NCBI GenBank assembly: GCA_016765235.1
Contig: JAESQH010000240.1
Coordinates: 1 to 36,168, forward strand
Length of the DNA: 36,168 nucleotides
Origin: Paracoccaceae bacterium
GTDB taxonomy: Bacteria > Pseudomonadota > Alphaproteobacteria > Rhodobacterales > Rhodobacteraceae
Reading direction: 5' to 3'
In this document: positions 34,850 to 36,168 of the stretch, piece by piece
Numbering within the stretch: the first letter of the stretch is position 1
Layout: each line of letters begins with the position of its first letter
Translations under genes and position numbers: made by a program
The notes under the pieces: generated by a model
Database searches by the model: none
Told to the model about the DNA's origin: nothing
The model's input: only the letters and a program-made list of their open reading frames with translations

Positions 34850-36010
34850 ATGACTGAAAGACTTGCGAAACGCCGAATAGAAAAGGCGCTGAGTGTCCAG
34901 CCAGCGGTTGTGCTTCTTGGGCCACGGCAAGTTGGAAAAACCACGCTGGCGCTGGAAATAGCGGCCGGGCGCGATGCCATACATCTGGATATGGAGCGGC
35001 ATCAGGACCGGCAAATACTGCAAGAACCCGATCTGTATCTGGATGAGCAGGCCGGGCGATTGGTGGTGATTGACGAGGTGCAGCTGTTGCCGGACTTGTT
35101 CAGTTCCTTGCGGGGTCAAATTGACCAGAGGCGGCGCGACGGGTATCGCATCGGGCAGTTTCTGCTGCTGGGATCGGCCAGTAATACATTATTGCGCCAG
35201 TCGGCAGAATCCTTGGCCGGACGGGTGTCTTATCACGAGCTGGGTGGGTTGAATGTACAGGAGGTAGGGCAGGGCGCGTTGAATGCGCTGTGGCTGCGCG
35301 GCGGTTTTCCAGGTGCTTTTTTGGCTGAGGGGGGCGAAAACAGCCTTCAGTGGCGTGATGATTTCATCCGCACATATCTGGAGCGCGATATTCCGACGTT
35401 CGGCGCGCGGGTGCCGGCGGCGACGCTTAGGCGGTTCTGGACAATGTTGGCGCATAATCAGGGCGGGTTGCTGAACGCGGCGCGACTGGCGGCTGGCTTG
35501 GGGGTTTCGGGGCAATCTGTCGGGCGGTATCTGGATTTGATGGTCGATCTAATGTTGGTCAGGCGACTTGAGCCGTGGCACGCAAATGCGGGCAAACGGT
35601 TGGTGAAATCCCCCAAGATATATGTTCGTGACAGCGGTTTGGCGCATAGTTTGTTGAATATACTGACACCAGAGGCCCTGTTGGCGCATCCGGTGGTTGG
35701 TGGCAGTTGGGAGGGTTTCGTGATCGAAAACCTGCTTAGCGTTGCGCCAATTGGAACGGATGCGTGTTTTTACCGATCCTCGGGTGGGGCGGAGGTTGAT
35801 TTGGTGCTTACCTTACCGGACGGCGCGGTTTGGGCGATAGAAATCAAGCGAACCGGCACGCCAAAAGTTGCACGCGGGTTTCATACGGCCAGTGCCGATG
35901 TCGGGGCCACGGCGCGGTTTCTGGTTTATGCGGGGGATCGTGAGGTTCCGATGCTAAACGACATTCGCGCTTTGCCGTTGTTGGCGCTGATGGACCGGTT
36001 ATCCCAGTAA
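34850..36010 (+). CDS. AAA_14 ATPase with DUF4143 domain (second paralog)
   Basis: GPRQVGKTT, VIDEVQ, FLLLGS, ESLAGR, LWLRGGFP, KSPKIY.RDSGL, FYR..GGAEVDL, IEIK. Confidence 0.9.
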   Translation: MTERLAKRRIEKALSVQPAVVLLGPRQVGKTTLALEIAAGRDAIHLDMERHQDRQILQEPDLYLDEQAGRLVVIDEVQLLPDLFSSLRGQIDQRRRDGYRIGQFLLLGSASNTLLRQSAESLAGRVSYHELGGLNVQEVGQGALNALWLRGGFPGAFLAEGGENSLQWRDDFIRTYLERDIPTFGARVPAATLRRFWTMLAHNQGGLLNAARLAAGLGVSGQSVGRYLDLMVDLMLVRRLEPWHANAGKRLVKSPKIYVRDSGLAHSLLNILTPEALLAHPVVGGSWEGFVIENLLSVAPIGTDACFYRSSGGAEVDLVLTLPDGAVWAIEIKRTGTPKVARGFHTASADVGATARFLVYAGDREVPMLNDIRALPLLALMDRLSQ

Positions 36011-36168
36011 ATCCGTCGCCGGATTATCCTGTAAATCCACATCATCGTAATACTTCTGGGCCTGGGTGAGGGATTTATGCAGGCTAAGGCGCATGGCGGC
36101 CTGTATGGGCGTGCCACGCAACGCGGCCTCGGTCAGGAACCCCGAGCGCAGGCCGTGCGGGGAGGCGA
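35999..36168 (-). CDS. Tyrosine recombinase/integrase, 3' end (partial; runs off the window)
   Basis: Not in the track. Translation from 36166: ASPHGLRSGFLTEAALRGTPIQAAMRLSLHKSLTQAQKYYDDVDLQDNPATDLLG*, containing the H-x-L-R, H and catalytic Y pattern. Confidence 0.82.
   Translation of the reverse strand, partial: ASPHGLRSGFLTEAALRGTPIQAAMRLSLHKSLTQAQKYYDDVDLQDNPATDLLG

Overview
This looks like the replication and accessory region of an alphaproteobacterial plasmid or chromid, most likely Rhodobacteraceae/Roseobacter group. That assignment is inferred from a Rep_3 (RepB-type) initiator divergent from parA-parB, with iterons and two identical 18-bp palindromes. Left to right: (1) a type IV AbiE toxin-antitoxin pair whose toxin is broken by one in-frame TGA, followed by a DUF2235 fragment; (2) a 13-kb LysR-controlled, co-directional catabolic cluster (Liv-type ABC transporter, acyl-CoA dehydrogenase, MDR oxidoreductase, acyl-CoA ligase, MmsB-like dehydrogenase) that ends in PHA synthase plus PHA depolymerase; (3) a 3-kb zone of gene relics (orphan spanin pair, a 396-bp element with terminal inverted repeats, truncated HD-domain and LysR genes, an IS5/IS903-group element, a thrS fragment); (4) a defence island with CapH/CapP-like regulators, a short type II CBASS (CD-NTase, E2, patatin), an AAA-DUF4143 ATPase, an intact second AbiE with a large operator palindrome, a HEPN-like gene and a hipA remnant; (5) rep/ori/parABS, a second AAA-DUF4143 ATPase and the 3' end of a tyrosine recombinase. 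All family calls come from motif recognition by eye; no database searches were run.
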